Shown here: positions 47,401-57,992 of the stretch, one piece after another | How positions within the stretch are numbered: position 1 is the stretch's first letter | How the letters are laid out: each line of letters begins with the position of its first letter | Source: Balanoglossus misakiensis | Taxonomy: Eukaryota > Animalia > Hemichordata | Direction: 5' to 3' | Length of the DNA stretch: 64,000 bases | Assembly (NCBI GenBank): GCA_040954595.2 | Contig: JBECUI020000025.1 | Location: 124,001-188,000, forward strand | Made by a program: the position numbers and the translations under genes | The notes under the pieces: generated by a model | What the model was told of the DNA's origin: nothing | The model's input: only the letters and a program-made list of their open reading frames with translations | Database searches by the model: none

Positions 47401-48778
47401 TGAATTGGGCAGAAGTCAGGTGGAAAAAGACCGAAGTCCCGATACCCATATCCATAGCTGGCGCGACCTGCAGGCAATGAAACATGATCTTGCAGGCAAG
47501 TACGAGCTGAAAACCGACATTGTTTTTCCATTAGCCGGCACATACGGATTCCCCCAGACGGGTTTTGAACCGATTGGCAATAGTAGCACGCCCTTTAGTG
47601 GCTCTCTTACCGGTACCGCAACTGGTACGAAAATTACAGGACTGTATATCAACAACCCGACACTAGATTACGCTGGTCTCTTTGGAAAGATACAAAGCAA
47701 TCCCTTCGCGGGGGTTTCTGTCATGGTAGAGAACATTGTCTTTGTACATCCATACATTGTCGCTCATTCATACATTGGCGTTCTTACAGGAATGCTGAGC
47801 AAAAGCATTGTTACCGACATACGTATAGAAGGACGAGACCAGCAGATAGATATCACCTCTACCAGTACCTCATCCGCCATTATGGGTGGAATTGTAGGAA
47901 CTACCGATAACTCATCAACAGTTAGGGGAACAAGTTCTGCCGACTTATTTACTACAGCTACAACAACAGGGGGCTTGGTAGGACGTAACAATGGTCTAAT
48001 TATCGGTCACACAACTGGCGCTATATCAGGAGGAGCAGCTACAGGCGGCCTCGTCGGGTCAAACAATAATGCCACAGTTATTGGATACGTAACAGGATCG
48101 GTACAGGGACATTATTCGGTTGGGGGTATGGTAGGAAGCAGCATAGGGGGAACAGTTATTGGCTATGTAACCGGTACCGTAGAGGGCAGCAATAACATCG
48201 GTGGACTCGTAGGAAACTCCTCGCCTCACTTGTCCGATGGCCCCTCTATAACTGGATACATGACTGGAACAGTACGTGCAGATTCAGCAGGAGGTGGTTT
48301 AGTGGGGGACATGCTTTATCATGCCGGATTTCCGGTTGTTACCTTAACCGGTTATATGACCGGACAAGTGCACTCATCTGGAAATAATAACATTGCTTAT
48401 GTTATAGGAAGGGTTGATACCGGAATCGTACGAACCTATTACAGCGAATTGTCTGTCGGACAGCTCCCTGCAGTAGGACAGAACCCCCTAATTGATCCAA
48501 ATTACGCTATTCCGCTTACCAGCGCAGAAAATATTGTATACCGGGCTGATGTAGATAGCTATTTTGATACCGGCAGAGCAGGGGAGGTGAAAATATTTGA
48601 AAAAACACATGATGAAGCAGGTGTGGATGTCGCAGATTTTATATTCAGCACTCCCGGGCCTGATTCCGCCGATCTACCGGATGACTTGGGTTCTTGGACA
48701 ATAGTCGATGGTGGAAACTGGCCACATCTCTGGGATAGCACAGGCAGTACATATTTTGGACATCAACCTACTAGATAA
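44438..48778 (+). CDS. Surface lipoprotein E (same family), ~1446 aa
   Basis: Lipobox LASC; FN3/Ig-like domains; YFGIGDIDNAFLF, IHSWRDLQAM, GGLVG repeats and WPHLWDS...YFGHQP. Exact start uncertain. Confidence 0.86.
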   Translation: MSSKRKICFLVYRILPALKKALNLGKFLPLVVLLLASCGSTSVQSDRSEKVWTPDIRVSNISFDSLNVAWTPPIDNDVFAYIITLQQPDMEEAIQIQVQPNELIATGNDGRVSYTITGLIPNMQYTIWIECQSNTVQYSSPPPKQILTEQSDESTAPSTPTFSLMDVSMSTITVTWEESIPGMQADGETSAPTQYEFEYKQQQTTEWISLQEQGTSITLTDLTTLTHYDIRLRAVNADNPAKQSEWQTEVIQTFGIESMSILIENSEAPPSWEMTTGTTIQLQVAIVTHGLDHDVSWSSSQEAVATVDQTSGLLSAVMEGESLITARAVADPTWTREIRIIVTRQAIHTPDQLTNIRIDQIPSSNRVTVTLDWDAPAPGEIDTNTPAEITSYTLYWKASSPVQMNDYDDTRSIPADQLSTSIEDLPGDTSYSFIITATNNGGYTSLPSIPIEIRTANLQISPDAIESIQVVEQSTYSLTLSWIGANSPGQDSFGDSLAPPSYQVYLIQQSLLGMNADPSSIVALFEPQADDNPFDRSIILTGLTSQTAYYLVIQTVPSAGTFPNILSPRFTVQTALPYIHSLTYNSEESISARIGGEYPVQKTSEPPAELSISYALTDSEPGITINTDGTIVVDHTVPANTYTITVTIEQQMNTLSDTHIITVPITVVDHYFFGDIRYDSEEPITYGATMVSYMPQGLDTFPSAPPPAPNFRLTSMIVNRETEITDPTILAAFCTVDPISGEITLASNTILPGTYLLNITIDALPLYYGNIAVSPTIHIRKESLNQFSFNYGAIPEASPGEEITYPIAYSDIPDGVSMRYEMLSAQPGITIDANTGTITVNATSGTYLVTLYAVSPDSMIYEGQTQPITITITVGESDIIDFLYKHDTQAQGYFGIGDIDNAFLFMISGRSHTNNLIGTLKIYDTSNPSTIIFDSNTFSGTVLTAMSGMVGIGPQIAYADWTSRYASISRISIEVSISVFDASTNSINELGRSQVEKDRSPDTHIHSWRDLQAMKHDLAGKYELKTDIVFPLAGTYGFPQTGFEPIGNSSTPFSGSLTGTATGTKITGLYINNPTLDYAGLFGKIQSNPFAGVSVMVENIVFVHPYIVAHSYIGVLTGMLSKSIVTDIRIEGRDQQIDITSTSTSSAIMGGIVGTTDNSSTVRGTSSADLFTTATTTGGLVGRNNGLIIGHTTGAISGGAATGGLVGSNNNATVIGYVTGSVQGHYSVGGMVGSSIGGTVIGYVTGTVEGSNNIGGLVGNSSPHLSDGPSITGYMTGTVRADSAGGGLVGDMLYHAGFPVVTLTGYMTGQVHSSGNNNIAYVIGRVDTGIVRTYYSELSVGQLPAVGQNPLIDPNYAIPLTSAENIVYRADVDSYFDTGRAGEVKIFEKTHDEAGVDVADFIFSTPGPDSADLPDDLGSWTIVDGGNWPHLWDSTGSTYFGHQPTR

Positions 48779-48799
48779 TCGATGTAAAATAAAATAATA

Positions 48800-49339
48800 A
48801 TGCGAGTCCTACCCCTTCTCTCTATCCTTTCTCTTTTGATAATTAATTGTTCTGTTCCTCTTGATCTGGAAGAACGTATCCGTCAACAGGCAACACTGGA
48901 AACGGTTGAGTTTGTGTATCGGGCAATTATTTATTACGAGAATGATGAACTATTTTGGGGCATTCTGCCTACCTCATCGCATCAGCTTTTATTCCGGGGA
49001 CAGACTATTATCCGTGCAGGCATTCGCTTGGACGATAGTATACAGATACTTCGGGGAACAGGAAGCCGTCTGCACGTTACCTTACCACCATCATCCATCC
49101 TCTATGCCGATTTAGACGAGGCGTCCATCCATCAGTACTATATTCGGGAATCAGGGGGAAATATTGATTTTACTGCTGTGAGTGAAGAAATTGTCCGAAT
49201 AAAAGAACAGGCAGTAACAGAAGCTATTAATGCGGGGATCCTGGAGCGTGCCGACAAGAATGTTCGAACAAGTCTGCAGAGTTTTTTGAGTTTGCTAGGG
49301 TTTACCGATATTACATTTACCACAAGAGAATCGCAATGA
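48800..49339 (+). CDS. Probable DUF4230-family membrane-anchored/lipoprotein
   Basis: N-terminal hydrophobic segment, IRAGI.L, VTLPP..IL, and A...GILERA..N...L..LGF..I.F pattern. Confidence 0.65.
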   Translation: MRVLPLLSILSLLIINCSVPLDLEERIRQQATLETVEFVYRAIIYYENDELFWGILPTSSHQLLFRGQTIIRAGIRLDDSIQILRGTGSRLHVTLPPSSILYADLDEASIHQYYIRESGGNIDFTAVSEEIVRIKEQAVTEAINAGILERADKNVRTSLQSFLSLLGFTDITFTTRESQ

Positions 49340-50001
49340 AGAAATTTTATCTACTCCTGATACTAGCACTCATTGTTGCAATAATCATATTCTTTCCCGT
49401 TCTGCAAAACATCATTATGCCCCAACAAACACAAACAAAGACCACCCTGATACTAGAGACGATACAAACAATAAATAAATTGCAAATCAGCGAGCTTGTA
49501 CATCAATATGTCTTTCCACATGATTTTATCCAGTCGGAAGAGCAGCTAAACTATATTAAAACGAAACGTAAGCAAAGCAGACGATTAAACAGTGATGAAC
49601 TGGTACAATGGGAAACGTATAAGATTGCCGAAGAAAACAATCTGTATTCCCGTAACTGGGATAAGTTTGCCGTTATTACCTTAAGAATTCAGGCAGGGAT
49701 AGATTTTAATGCCACAAACGAGCCAATTACCATACAAGAAGATGGCGAGACCTTGTCAATTCATCTTCCACCAGTTACAATAAGCAATGTTCAAATTGAG
49801 GATATAAGAAAAGATGCCTACCCCTACCCACCCATCCTGCTGGATGCAAATGAATGGCGAAATGTTAGCACCTTTGTTGCACAACAAGCCCGTTTTATGA
49901 TCGAACAAACTGATTTTCTCCTACAAGCAGAACAAAGAAAACAAATGCTTATCCGTAATATTCTTCGGATGGCGGGGTATTATGATGTCCAATTTTTTTA
50001 A
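49336..50001 (+). CDS. Probable DUF4230-family protein (second, tandem)
   Basis: TM anchor, IQAGIDF, IHLPPVTI, and FLLQAE...IL...GY..V.F. ATGA overlap with the previous gene. Confidence 0.6.
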   Translation: MKKFYLLLILALIVAIIIFFPVLQNIIMPQQTQTKTTLILETIQTINKLQISELVHQYVFPHDFIQSEEQLNYIKTKRKQSRRLNSDELVQWETYKIAEENNLYSRNWDKFAVITLRIQAGIDFNATNEPITIQEDGETLSIHLPPVTISNVQIEDIRKDAYPYPPILLDANEWRNVSTFVAQQARFMIEQTDFLLQAEQRKQMLIRNILRMAGYYDVQFF

Positions 50002-50025
50002 TGAGTTTGTTCATACCTTACCTGT

Positions 50026-51282
50026 ATGCTGACTAATTTTATCTTGCTTATACTTAGTCTCTTGTTTTCAGCCTTTTGTTCAGGTGTCGAAACGGCTTTT
50101 ACTTCTTTGAATCAGGTGCAAATAGTATCTATAAAAGAAATGTATGGGCGCCGAGGTGCCCTAATTGAACGGCTGATGAAAAAGTATGAGTATTTCCTGG
50201 TAACTGTATTACTGGGTAATACATTTGCCAATGTTGCCGCTTCAATTCTAAGCACTTACATTGCTATTGATCTATTTGGCAACGAAATACTGGGCCTATC
50301 TACCGGAGTGCTTACCCTGATAATCCTGCTCTTCTGTGAGTTAACCCCGAAACGGCTTGCAGTGGCACAAAATGAATGGGTTGCCATTCATACAATCCGT
50401 TTCATCTATATGCTCACCTTTCTATTTACACCTCTCTCATGGCTTCTCTTGTCAATTAATACCATGTTTGGAAATATCCTTGGCAAGCAAAAACAAACTG
50501 TAACATTAGAGGGACTGAGTTATCTAATCCGCCATGCAGAAGATATGGGAGTACTGGAACGAGCTCGGTCAGAAATAGTTCGCAATACCTTCAAACTGGG
50601 ACATACCACCTTGATGGAGGTTATGACTCATCGTCAGGATGTTTTCAGCTTGGAACAAGATCTAAACATTCACAAAGCATTGCCCCTTGTTGTCGAAAAG
50701 AATTTTTCCCGTATTCCCGTGTATGAAAAAAAGGAAGAAAACATTGTTGGGGTTGTAAATATAAAAACTATACTGCATCACATTAAACATAAAAACGTAA
50801 CCCTGAAAGATATTATGTTCCCAGCTCTCTATGTGCCGACCCATAAGCGTCTGACCGTTGTGCTCAGTATGTTTCTGCGGGAAAAAACAAATATGGCAAT
50901 TGTACTCGACGAATACGGCGGCTTTGCCGGCATTACTACTATAGAAGATATTTTAGAAGAGATAGTCGGTGAAATATATGATGAACACGAACATCGTTCA
51001 CGTCAATCCATGGTGCGTATTTCCCCCAATAATTATAATATCCTCGGCAAGGCACCGCTCTCGATACTACAGAGTATCATTCCTGACAGTACCATTCCTG
51101 GGCGCCAATCTCGACAAACAATTAGCGGCTATCTTATCCGACGCTTGGGACATATCCCAGCACAAGGAGAGAAGATCCCCACTCCATTTGGTTCCTTTAC
51201 AATACAGCAAGTACATAAACGTAGAATAGAAAATCTCATATTTGAACCGATTAACTCAGAGAAAAATAAAGAAAAGACATAG
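50026..51282 (+). CDS. CNNM/HlyC-CorC family transporter (DUF21 + CBS + CorC)
   Basis: Motifs FSAFCSGVETAF, ELTPK, FSRIPVY and VLDEYGGFAGITTIEDILEEIVGEI. Confidence 0.93.
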   Translation: MLTNFILLILSLLFSAFCSGVETAFTSLNQVQIVSIKEMYGRRGALIERLMKKYEYFLVTVLLGNTFANVAASILSTYIAIDLFGNEILGLSTGVLTLIILLFCELTPKRLAVAQNEWVAIHTIRFIYMLTFLFTPLSWLLLSINTMFGNILGKQKQTVTLEGLSYLIRHAEDMGVLERARSEIVRNTFKLGHTTLMEVMTHRQDVFSLEQDLNIHKALPLVVEKNFSRIPVYEKKEENIVGVVNIKTILHHIKHKNVTLKDIMFPALYVPTHKRLTVVLSMFLREKTNMAIVLDEYGGFAGITTIEDILEEIVGEIYDEHEHRSRQSMVRISPNNYNILGKAPLSILQSIIPDSTIPGRQSRQTISGYLIRRLGHIPAQGEKIPTPFGSFTIQQVHKRRIENLIFEPINSEKNKEKT

Positions 51283-51326
51283 ACCAGAACCATGTTTTAT
51301 AGTACTCTAGGGTAGGAGTTTTATTT

Positions 51327-52049
51327 ATGCGCAAAAATGTATGCATTACAGGTGTTTCTCGGGGAATTGGCTTGTCCCTTGCCAAGACATTTCTTGCTCA
51401 AGGATATCAGGTGTTCGGTACAGTTCGGAATATGCAGGCAGTAGCAGAAGAACTGCAACAAGCCGATGCATTTACAGCCATTCTTGCCGACGTACTGAAG
51501 GAAGATAGTCTAGAACAGTTGCGTAATACTATAGAAAAAGAAGCAGGACATCTTGATATTCTCGTCAATAATGCAGCAATTATGACGAAATCGGAAGCAA
51601 GCCTACCACTGGGTGTCTCTTCCGAATCACTTGAAAAAACATTGATGACCAACGTCATTGCTGTTTGCAGTACTACCGAAGCCCTCTACCCCGTACTTAA
51701 AAAAAGTAAAGATGCCATTATTGCCAATATAACCTCAGTTATCGGCAGTATCGCTTCGATCCCGGATTATTCCCCCACCATGAAATCGCGGCAAACTTCC
51801 GAACACTATTCCTATTGCATAAGTAAGGCGGCACTGAATATGTTTACTCGACTTCTTGGCACGAAATTGGCTCCATTGGGAATCAAAGTCTTTTGCATCC
51901 ATCCTGGATGGGTACAAACTGATATGGGTGGCAAGGATGCAAGGTTTAGCCCTGAAGAATCAGCACGCGGTATTTTTGAACAGATTACGACATGGGATTT
52001 CGGTAAACACGAATATCTGGACTTTCAAGGAAAGCCAATTCCTTGGTAA
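51327..52049 (+). CDS. SDR family oxidoreductase (C-factor-like)
   Basis: Motifs TGVSRGIG, LVNNAA, YCISKAALN and HPGWVQTDMGG. Confidence 0.93.
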   Translation: MRKNVCITGVSRGIGLSLAKTFLAQGYQVFGTVRNMQAVAEELQQADAFTAILADVLKEDSLEQLRNTIEKEAGHLDILVNNAAIMTKSEASLPLGVSSESLEKTLMTNVIAVCSTTEALYPVLKKSKDAIIANITSVIGSIASIPDYSPTMKSRQTSEHYSYCISKAALNMFTRLLGTKLAPLGIKVFCIHPGWVQTDMGGKDARFSPEESARGIFEQITTWDFGKHEYLDFQGKPIPW

Positions 52050-52058
52050 CTAACAATA

Positions 52059-54476
52059 ATGCCGTACCCATTTACAGAAATAGAAAAAAAATGGCAACAA
52101 TACTGGGCAGATAATCGCACCTTTGCAGTCAACGAAGATCCGGCTATCCCCCCGGAGAAAAGACGTTATGTACTCGATATGTTTCCCTATCCCTCAGCGG
52201 CAGGGTTGCACGTCGGTCATCCACTGGGATATACAGCAACCGATATCTATTGTCGATATCTGCGCATGAACGGGTATGCTGTGCTCCATCCTATGGGCTT
52301 TGATTCATTCGGTCTTCCCGCAGAAACATATGCCATACAAACCGGTACACATCCGCGAACAACAACAGAAAATAATATCAAAGCCTTCCGAAAACAAATA
52401 CAATCACTGGGATTTTCTTATGATTGGGATCGAGAAATTGCCACACATCAAGAGGATTATTACCGATGGACCCAGTGGATATTTCTCCAGCTTTACAAGA
52501 AGGGCTGTGCCTATATGGCAGAGAAATCCATGTGGTACTGTGAAAAACTGGGCACAGTTCTTGCCAATGAAGAAGTAATTCAAACCCCAGATGGACCAAA
52601 ATCAGAGCGCGGAAATCATCCGGTAATCCGACGCCCCTTACGACAATGGATGTTCCGAATTACCGATTATGCTGATAGACTGGAGGCGGGATTGGATAAA
52701 CTTGATTGGCCCGAGTCGATTAAGTCAATGCAACGAAATTGGATTGGAAAAAGTACAGGGGCAACCATCAGTTTTTCACCAGTTGACCCGGGAATTGACG
52801 ACATAGAGGTGTATACTACACGCCCCGATACCCTCTTTGGAGCTACATACCTCGTGCTTGCTCCGGAACATCCATTGGTAGATCGCTTAACCACAGCTGA
52901 TAAAAAAGAGCAAGTAAAAAAATACAACGACGCAGTATTGCTTAAATCTGACCTGGAACGCACTGACCTTGCAAAAAATAAAACTGGAATCTTTATCGGA
53001 TCGTACGCAATAAACCCGGCAAACAATGAAAAAGTACCCATTTGGGTATCCGACTACGTTCTGATAAGTTATGGTTCGGGTGCAATTATGGCAGTGCCCG
53101 CCCACGATAACAGAGACTTTGAATTTGCAACAAAATTCCACCTGCCCATTGTGCAGGTTATCCAGACACCGGAGGCAACAGACCTGCCCTACGCTGGAGA
53201 GGGAAAACTCATAAATAGCAAGTTTTTGAATAATATTCATAGCATACCGGCACGCAAAACGATCATTGACTGGTTGGAAGAGCGTTCACTCGGACATGCT
53301 ACAACAAAATATAAATTACGCGACTGGATATTTTCAAGACAACGCTACTGGGGTGAACCGATACCAATTATCCACGACAAACAAGGAGATCTTCACACTG
53401 TTTCCGAAGATGAGCTCCCCCTAAAACTTCCGGAGGTAGAGAGCTATAAACCCATCGGAACCGGAGAATCTCCCCTTGCAAACCTTGATGAGTGGATGAA
53501 CGTCGTTCTGCCGGATGGAAGTTTGGCACGAAGAGAAAGTAATACCATGCCCCAATGGGCAGGTTCCTGCTGGTACTATCTTCGCTACCTAGATCCCAAT
53601 AATAAAGAAGAGTTTGTTTCGCAAGAAAAGATGCAGTACTGGATGCCGGTAGACCTCTATGTCGGTGGGGCAGAACATGCAGTTCTTCATCTACTATACG
53701 CACGTTTTTGGCATATGGTGCTCTACGATTTAGGGCTGGTCAACACCGAAGAGCCCTTTGCACGACTGGTCAATCAGGGCATGATCCTTGGAGAAAGCGG
53801 CGAAAAGATGTCGAAATCACTGGGAAATGTTATTAATCCGGATGACATTATTGCTGAATACGGAGCGGATACAATGCGTATGTATATCATGTTTATCGGT
53901 CCCTTGCGACAGAATAAGCCTTGGTCTACAGCCGGATTATCAGGAATATTTCGTTTTCTGAATCGTGTATGGGATAGTGCTACACAGGAGCACGAGGACA
54001 GGAAACCCCCGGAACATATTCAACGAATTCTCCACCAAACCATACACAAGGTGGGACAGGACATAAGCAATCTCTCCTTTAATACGGCAATTTCCCAATT
54101 AATGATCTGCCTGAATGCTCTTAATCACGAAGATAGGCAGTATCGAGAGGTATGGAAGATTATGTCTCTTCTTATTGCACCCTTTGCGCCGCACCTTGCC
54201 GAAGAGATATGGCAGAGACTGGGAGAAGATACATCTATATCTTTACAAGCCTGGCCTCAGTACAATCCGGATATGTTGCAGGAAAAGACAGTTGAAATCG
54301 TTGTTCAAGTAAACGGAAAGGTTCGCACAAAGATGCACGTCGACCATGCAATAGACAAGAAAATATTGGAAGAAATGGCAGTAGCTGAAAAGCGGATAGT
54401 ACCGTATCTGGAAGGAAAATCGATCAGTAAGATTATTGTCGTGCCGAAACGGTTAGTCAATATAGTAACGGCCTAG
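52059..54476 (+). CDS. leuS: Leucine--tRNA ligase
   Basis: Motifs MFPYPSAAGLHVGH, SRQRYWGEP and KMSKS. Confidence 0.98.
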   Translation: MPYPFTEIEKKWQQYWADNRTFAVNEDPAIPPEKRRYVLDMFPYPSAAGLHVGHPLGYTATDIYCRYLRMNGYAVLHPMGFDSFGLPAETYAIQTGTHPRTTTENNIKAFRKQIQSLGFSYDWDREIATHQEDYYRWTQWIFLQLYKKGCAYMAEKSMWYCEKLGTVLANEEVIQTPDGPKSERGNHPVIRRPLRQWMFRITDYADRLEAGLDKLDWPESIKSMQRNWIGKSTGATISFSPVDPGIDDIEVYTTRPDTLFGATYLVLAPEHPLVDRLTTADKKEQVKKYNDAVLLKSDLERTDLAKNKTGIFIGSYAINPANNEKVPIWVSDYVLISYGSGAIMAVPAHDNRDFEFATKFHLPIVQVIQTPEATDLPYAGEGKLINSKFLNNIHSIPARKTIIDWLEERSLGHATTKYKLRDWIFSRQRYWGEPIPIIHDKQGDLHTVSEDELPLKLPEVESYKPIGTGESPLANLDEWMNVVLPDGSLARRESNTMPQWAGSCWYYLRYLDPNNKEEFVSQEKMQYWMPVDLYVGGAEHAVLHLLYARFWHMVLYDLGLVNTEEPFARLVNQGMILGESGEKMSKSLGNVINPDDIIAEYGADTMRMYIMFIGPLRQNKPWSTAGLSGIFRFLNRVWDSATQEHEDRKPPEHIQRILHQTIHKVGQDISNLSFNTAISQLMICLNALNHEDRQYREVWKIMSLLIAPFAPHLAEEIWQRLGEDTSISLQAWPQYNPDMLQEKTVEIVVQVNGKVRTKMHVDHAIDKKILEEMAVAEKRIVPYLEGKSISKIIVVPKRLVNIVTA

Positions 54477-54484
54477 TCTTCTTG

Positions 54485-56386
54485 CTAAGGCAGGATGTCG
54501 GCTTGATACATCCCAATCAATCTGCATTCTGCCGCATCAGTTTGTAGTCTGTCCAAGGCATGCTGAAATGCCGTATCTTCCCCTTCGGGAATCTCTACAT
54601 CGAGATAAAACATGTATTGCCAAGGTTTTCCGTGGATAGGGCGTGACTCTAGTTTCTTCATGTTGAGCGATTCCTCTGACATACAACGCAGACAACGGAA
54701 AAGTGCTCCCGGCTTATCATCTACAGCAAAAACAATAGATGCCTTATTTGCCGCTTTTATATCCCCCTTCGATAGTCCAAGAACAAGGAAGCGAGTATAG
54801 TTCCTCGAGTTGGTCTCAATTCCCTGTTTGAGAACCGTCAAACCATGTATATCCGCTACCGAATGATGCGCAATCGCCGCGTTCTCTTTTGCACCTAGTT
54901 TTGCTATATGCGTAGCCGAGCCGGCAGTGTCGTGGAAAGGGATACGTTGCCAGGTAGCGAATGTATCGAGAAATGCACGACATTGTTCAATGCCCGGCGG
55001 CTGGGAAAAGACCTTTTTTATATCATCTAGTGTTGCACCCGGCAAACCGATGAGCGAGTGTTCAATACGCATGTAAAATTCGCCTATAATACGAACGTCG
55101 GGGAAATGGAGCAAAAGATCATAGTTTTCATGGATGGAACCCATCAAGGAATTCTCAATAGGAATAAGAGCATGCCCCACCTCTTTTTGCATTAGTTTGA
55201 TAAATACATCCCGAAATGTTCCACAAGAAAGGGCATGTACACTGCTGTCTTGAAAATACCGAAGCAATGCCTGCTCGCTAAATGAACCATGCTCGCCTTG
55301 GAAGGCGACAATTTCGGTCTTTTCAACCTCACCATCATCTGCTTTACGAAGAAAATCTTTTGTCGGGATGCGGAGAGAAAAAAGTTCCCGATCTACTAAG
55401 GGTGCAAGTACATTAATGTCCCGCATAAGTTTTTCAAACTGCTGGAAATAAAGCGATTGAGGCCCATCGGAGAGAGCAACTTCAGGATGCGGGTGGGTTT
55501 CGATAATAAGGCCATCTGCACCAGCAGCAATAGAGGCAAGACTCGCGGGTGCCACCATCTCGCGAATACCAGTTGCATGACTTGGGTCAACAATAACCGG
55601 CAGATGGGTACTCTGCTTCAGAACAGGGATTGAGTTAATATCAAGACTATTACGTGTTGCCCGTTCAAAGGTTCGAATGCCCCGCTCGCAGAGAATGACA
55701 TCATTTGCTCCATGTACGAGCAAGTACTCAGCTGCCATAAGCAGTTCTTCAATGGTTGCCGACATGCCACGTTTGAGGAGAATCGGTTTGCCCTTTGTTG
55801 CTACAACCTTGAGCAACTCAAAATTTTGCATGTTTCGTGCACCAATCTGGAAGACATCAACATAGGGAAGCATACTATCTGCAAGACTAGCGGACATAAT
55901 TTCCGACACAACCGGAAGCCCGTAGGCCTCACCTGCCTCCTTGAGATATTCAAGCCCTTGCTCTTGTAAACCCTGGAATGAATAGGGAGAGGTTCGTGGT
56001 TTGTATGCACCACCACGGAGCATAACAGCACCTGCTTGTCTCACAAAGTCTGCAGTCTCCATAATCTGCTTTCTACTTTCTACCGAACAGGGTCCGGCAA
56101 TGACTGCAAGTCCGACATCACCTACGCGAACCGAATGAATATTGACAATGCTATTCTTTAAACGCGACTGCCGGGCAGCTAGTTTATAGGGAGTCTCCAC
56201 TTGCAGAACCCGTTTGACCCCATCGACCGCCTCCAGAACACGCGTATCCATCCTGTGTTTATCATCAGTGTAGATAATACACTCATGCAAGGTTATGATT
56301 TTCTGAAATGTTATGTTTTCTTTTTTAAGAAGCCTGCCAACCTGGGCAAGACCTGAGTCATTGCCTTTCGCTAAAATGATAATCAT
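54485..56386 (-). CDS. aroF: Fused DAHP synthase (type I-beta) / prephenate dehydratase-ACT
   Basis: [23 protein letters not shown] and [10 protein letters not shown], then [20 protein letters not shown] and KLESRP. Confidence 0.92.
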   Translation of the reverse strand: MIIILAKGNDSGLAQVGRLLKKENITFQKIITLHECIIYTDDKHRMDTRVLEAVDGVKRVLQVETPYKLAARQSRLKNSIVNIHSVRVGDVGLAVIAGPCSVESRKQIMETADFVRQAGAVMLRGGAYKPRTSPYSFQGLQEQGLEYLKEAGEAYGLPVVSEIMSASLADSMLPYVDVFQIGARNMQNFELLKVVATKGKPILLKRGMSATIEELLMAAEYLLVHGANDVILCERGIRTFERATRNSLDINSIPVLKQSTHLPVIVDPSHATGIREMVAPASLASIAAGADGLIIETHPHPEVALSDGPQSLYFQQFEKLMRDINVLAPLVDRELFSLRIPTKDFLRKADDGEVEKTEIVAFQGEHGSFSEQALLRYFQDSSVHALSCGTFRDVFIKLMQKEVGHALIPIENSLMGSIHENYDLLLHFPDVRIIGEFYMRIEHSLIGLPGATLDDIKKVFSQPPGIEQCRAFLDTFATWQRIPFHDTAGSATHIAKLGAKENAAIAHHSVADIHGLTVLKQGIETNSRNYTRFLVLGLSKGDIKAANKASIVFAVDDKPGALFRCLRCMSEESLNMKKLESRPIHGKPWQYMFYLDVEIPEGEDTAFQHALDRLQTDAAECRLIGMYQADILP

Positions 56387-57093
56387 GATGGCATATCTGC
56401 CGGAAAGTGTCGTAATATATGCTTTCGATAACGCTCACGAAGGTCGATATAATATGCGGATAATTTTCGAACATACTTTTGAGTTGATTCGGGAATCATG
56501 TTCAACCGTACCCGTCGTTCGCCTGCATTGTACATTGCAAATGCCATACCGTAATTGCCCTTACTCTTCTGCAAGCACTGCGCAAAATAGACATGTGCAT
56601 GATATGCATTAATATTGGGATCGTAGAAGTCCTCTGTATCAAGCCAAAAGAACGTACGAGAATTCAGCTGAAACAATCCTCTGTCGGAGGAGGTCGCATT
56701 ATTGTTTTCGGCATATATATTAAAATGACTTTCACCCCAAGCCAATGAAAAAGATATCAATGCCGGAACCGCACTCCGTTCAGCTTCCCGAAGAATTGCC
56801 AATGCTATGGACTCGTCCCCGGTTAATGCTGAAAAAAAGGATACCACTATCTCATGGGTATTGTCTTGCCGATAGAGATCAATAACCGGACGCGGTCCAT
56901 CCATAATGTTCATCATGGTTGGATACATGCCCCCCGGAGCAAAGGAGGAAACATTCCACCTCTTCACATCAGTAGTATAGAGCGGAAGTCCGTAAGATTG
57001 TTGTTCATATTTTATCGCAAGCGGTAAACTACTACACCCAACGAGAAAAATAAGAAGTGATAACACAGATAGTCTATTAATGTTTTTATGCAT
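56383..57093 (-). CDS. Lytic transglycosylase (SLT domain) lipoprotein
   Basis: Lipobox LVGC; AWGESHFN, DRGLFQLN and AMYNAG. Confidence 0.88.
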   Translation of the reverse strand: MHKNINRLSVLSLLIFLVGCSSLPLAIKYEQQSYGLPLYTTDVKRWNVSSFAPGGMYPTMMNIMDGPRPVIDLYRQDNTHEIVVSFFSALTGDESIALAILREAERSAVPALISFSLAWGESHFNIYAENNNATSSDRGLFQLNSRTFFWLDTEDFYDPNINAYHAHVYFAQCLQKSKGNYGMAFAMYNAGERRVRLNMIPESTQKYVRKLSAYYIDLRERYRKHILRHFPADMPS

Positions 57094-57165
57094 TATATAT
57101 CCTTGAAAATACTACTTGTACTACAGTTATAACACTTCTATATATAGACAGAAAATAACAATTTG

Positions 57166-57825
57166 TCAAGAGGAACCGGCATCAATTTTTATTAAAAGAG
57201 CATGCCCATTTGTATTATATACAAATAACCTCGTTGGATCTTTCGCTAATTGGTCCACGAGCAAGCGAATGCCTTGACAAGAGGGGAAGCCGTAGTCGTC
57301 ATAAACAATAATGGCACCGGTGGGCATTCTATCCCATACCCATGTCGTTATGTCATATGCCGATTGATAGACATCAACATCAATATGACAAAAACAAATC
57401 TGTCTTTCGCCGATTGTTGATGCAGTCTCTTCGGGAAATATTCCTTCAAGAATGGTCCAGTCCGTCATTGGTTCTAGTAGTTTTTCGACAATGGCACGGG
57501 ATGTATCTGCATGCTCACCGCCGCGGTAGCGATTGTCATGTGTTCCGGCTTTTACGACACCACGAAATGTATCCGCAACAAATAAATGCTTGCGCCCGGC
57601 AATGCGGCTTGCCAATAGTGCACTCGTACCACCGCGCCATGCCCCAACTTCTAGAACGTCGCCTGAAAGATGTATGGTCTGCTCTACGAGCTGCCAGAGA
57701 TCGTAACATCGTGCAATATCTACCATTGTGTGCCCACTGGCATATGCGTAAAATTTCATAAACTTCGCATCACGACTCCAGGGCAGCAGGATGGGTGTTT
57801 CTTGTTCAATATAACCGTATTCCAT
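57166..57825 (-). CDS. TylF/MycF-family O-methyltransferase
   Basis: Motifs GDVLEVGAWRGG, DTFRG, HIDVDVY and YDDYG. Confidence 0.9.
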   Translation of the reverse strand: MEYGYIEQETPILLPWSRDAKFMKFYAYASGHTMVDIARCYDLWQLVEQTIHLSGDVLEVGAWRGGTSALLASRIAGRKHLFVADTFRGVVKAGTHDNRYRGGEHADTSRAIVEKLLEPMTDWTILEGIFPEETASTIGERQICFCHIDVDVYQSAYDITTWVWDRMPTGAIIVYDDYGFPSCQGIRLLVDQLAKDPTRLFVYNTNGHALLIKIDAGSS

Positions 57826-57992
57826 TGTACGTAAAATGCTAACAAGAAATGCAACAGACTTCAAGAGCAGGAGTATTCAAGAAAAATAACTCACAAAAAA
57901 TTAGATTTTTCTTGACGATTTTATATAAGTCAGTTATTATTTTATACAGAGATTGTATTATTTATATAATGAATGATATTAGAGGTATTTTA

